DNA of 64,000 bases from Candidatus Latescibacterota bacterium (GTDB lineage Bacteria > Latescibacterota > UBA2968 > UBA8231). The position numbers and the translations under genes are program-made. The notes under the pieces were generated by a model that had not been told where the DNA came from, ran no database searches, and saw only the letters and a list, made by a program, of their open reading frames with translations. Shown here one piece after another: positions 62,342 to 64,000 of this stretch. The stretch is from NCBI GenBank assembly GCA_965197905.1, contig CBDAOB010000004.1:864001-928000 (forward strand), read 5' to 3'. Positions within the stretch are counted from its first letter, which is position 1. Each line of letters begins with the position of its first letter.

Positions 62342-63571
62342 ATGAAACATCTATTCATTGATGATCACGAGTTGGAAGCGATCGAGAATCTGGCGCGCAA
62401 GCTTCATCAGCCGCAGAAACCTGGCAACCGCTTTCCCGACTATACGATCGGGGAGATCCTCGGTACGCAATCGTTCCGCGCCATCCGCGATCTCGACGGG
62501 GTGTTTCCGGGGCGCGATGAAGACAACGACGGTTGGCCCGACACCAACCATAATCACAACCGTACACCTGACTACGACGAGCCGTTTTTGATGTACGGAG
62601 TGGAGCCCGACGAATACGTCTACGGCTTGGACCGCAACAACAACGACGCGCTGGATGAGCGCGAGGACGACATGGACTTCGACTATCCCTATGATCACGA
62701 CCAGCGCGGGTATCACCTTTTCGGACGGTTGGATCTGCGCCGTTACTGGTCGTTGGGGGCGGGACATTACGCCGTAGACGAGATCGCCGGTGCCGGACGC
62801 AACCACTCGACCTACGCGCTGCTGAGCTATCGCCGGGAGGGGATCGGGCGGCTGAAGAGATTGTGGTTCGAAAATAATCTGCGGCGGGTCAGCGACAACA
62901 TCGCCGACGAGTACATAGGGACAAATATCCTGTCGCGGCAGTCTTATCCGTTTCGCGACGATGTGCTGTTCTACCGCGACAGCTTTGTCGAGGAAACCTA
63001 CTTCGAAGGTCGGTTCAACCCGTGGTCGACGTTGAACGTAGTGCAGAAGTTGCGGTTGCGGTTCAACTGGCAGCAGGGCGGTCAGCTCCGCAATGGGTTC
63101 TACCAGCGGCCGCGGCGTCTGGATTTCTGGACCTGGGCGAGCCGCACGGACTATACGTGGCACTGGGGCCGCTGCGAGCTGCGGCCGCAATTCAAGTTTC
63201 TCATTCTGAGTCTGGAGGATCGGGCGGACGAACTTACGCTACGCTCGGAGTACCGCGTGATCCCGATTCTGCTTGTGAAATATCCGCTACTGCGGCGGAC
63301 GACGTTGCAAGTCGGCGTTCAGGGCTTGGGCCCGGCACCGTACCAGGTGATGGTGCGCACGAACGAGAGCAGCAGCTTCAAGCAGCGCACGGCGTTCGTC
63401 ACATTGACCAACCGCTCGCGCTATTTCGGCTACGACCTCCACACCATCGTTGGAATCAAGCGCGATCGCCAGGAGTTCGACAATGTGTTCCAGCGCAACC
63501 GAAATCGCAACGAGTTGACCGGGTTCGTGAGGGCGATGATTGGCTTTACGGAATACGGGCGACTGTATTGA
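62342..63571 (+). CDS. Chimeric ORF: propeller-GH-family N-terminus plus the C-terminal ~380 aa of the 986-aa protein family
   Basis: HLFIDD..IENLARKLHQPQK, then continuous similarity to the product of 16679-19639. Confidence 0.75.
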   Translation: MKHLFIDDHELEAIENLARKLHQPQKPGNRFPDYTIGEILGTQSFRAIRDLDGVFPGRDEDNDGWPDTNHNHNRTPDYDEPFLMYGVEPDEYVYGLDRNNNDALDEREDDMDFDYPYDHDQRGYHLFGRLDLRRYWSLGAGHYAVDEIAGAGRNHSTYALLSYRREGIGRLKRLWFENNLRRVSDNIADEYIGTNILSRQSYPFRDDVLFYRDSFVEETYFEGRFNPWSTLNVVQKLRLRFNWQQGGQLRNGFYQRPRRLDFWTWASRTDYTWHWGRCELRPQFKFLILSLEDRADELTLRSEYRVIPILLVKYPLLRRTTLQVGVQGLGPAPYQVMVRTNESSSFKQRTAFVTLTNRSRYFGYDLHTIVGIKRDRQEFDNVFQRNRNRNELTGFVRAMIGFTEYGRLY

Positions 63572-63753
63572 ATTTCACGCCTCGAAAACTGAATACTGCA
63601 GCAGGCGCATCCTATACTCTGGAGCGGCGTTCTAGGCAGCACAGACTTTTTGGAAACGTGTGATGGTGAAGAACGTGAGCCACATTGAAATAAGAAACCG
63701 AGCTGTTCGGAAAACCTCGGTTTCTGTGGTATCATCAGGAAGGGAGAAACTTA

Positions 63754-64000
63754 ATGACTGAAGCGCAGAAAGAACTCATGGAAACGCTGACATCGGAACT
63801 AGAGCGCGGCACCCTGACAGCAGACAGGTTACGCCAAGGAATCAGGGATATCGTGGGGGAAAACGGTCATCAACAGCAGGATGTCCTCTATCTACAGGCA
63901 AGCAATACTTCACCCGGATCCACGGTGGTCGGCATGCTGCAGATCGAGGACGGGGAGCTCTCCGAGGGGCCGCCTGATCCGGATGACTGGCCCTATAAAA
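63754..64000 (+). CDS. Hypothetical protein, partial
   Basis: ATG 63754 after GGGAGA, open to the window end (QDVLYLQA...DPDDWPYK). Confidence 0.6.
   Translation, partial: MTEAQKELMETLTSELERGTLTADRLRQGIRDIVGENGHQQQDVLYLQASNTSPGSTVVGMLQIEDGELSEGPPDPDDWPYK

Noticed and set aside
1..64000. rRNA, tRNA, CRISPR array, integron integrase or intact transposase
   Set aside because: None recognisable by eye; small RNAs could be missed without covariance searches

Overview
GC-rich bacterial accessory region. A FlgD-type C-terminal sorting domain and expanded PhyH and glycoside-hydrolase-like families suggest a Latescibacterota-like organism (inference only). Bases 1-4449 hold a minus-strand integron-type cassette array with three attC sites, an attI-like site and no integrase in the window. 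Its cassettes are mostly defence-like (DUF4062, PLD/HKD nuclease, Abi_C, two membrane proteins), and two of the four use a non-canonical GTC/GAC core instead of GTT/AAC. The rest is a patchwork of catabolic genes, many present as dispersed paralogues. Several spacers contain short fragments of other genes (sulfatase, GDSL esterase, epoxide hydrolase, His-phosphatase, GNAT, thermonuclease, FlgD, three IS91-type transposase pieces), plus repeated copies of a ~27-bp motif ending CCTAT(A/C)C that resembles the oriIS end of IS91/ISCR rolling-circle elements. One ORF is an in-frame chimera of two unrelated families also found in this window. Working hypothesis: a gene-capture and shuffling island built by an IS91/ISCR-like transposase acting in trans on dispersed ori ends. 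About a dozen genes carry frameshifts or stops, which may be sequencing error. All calls are by eye; no database searches were run.
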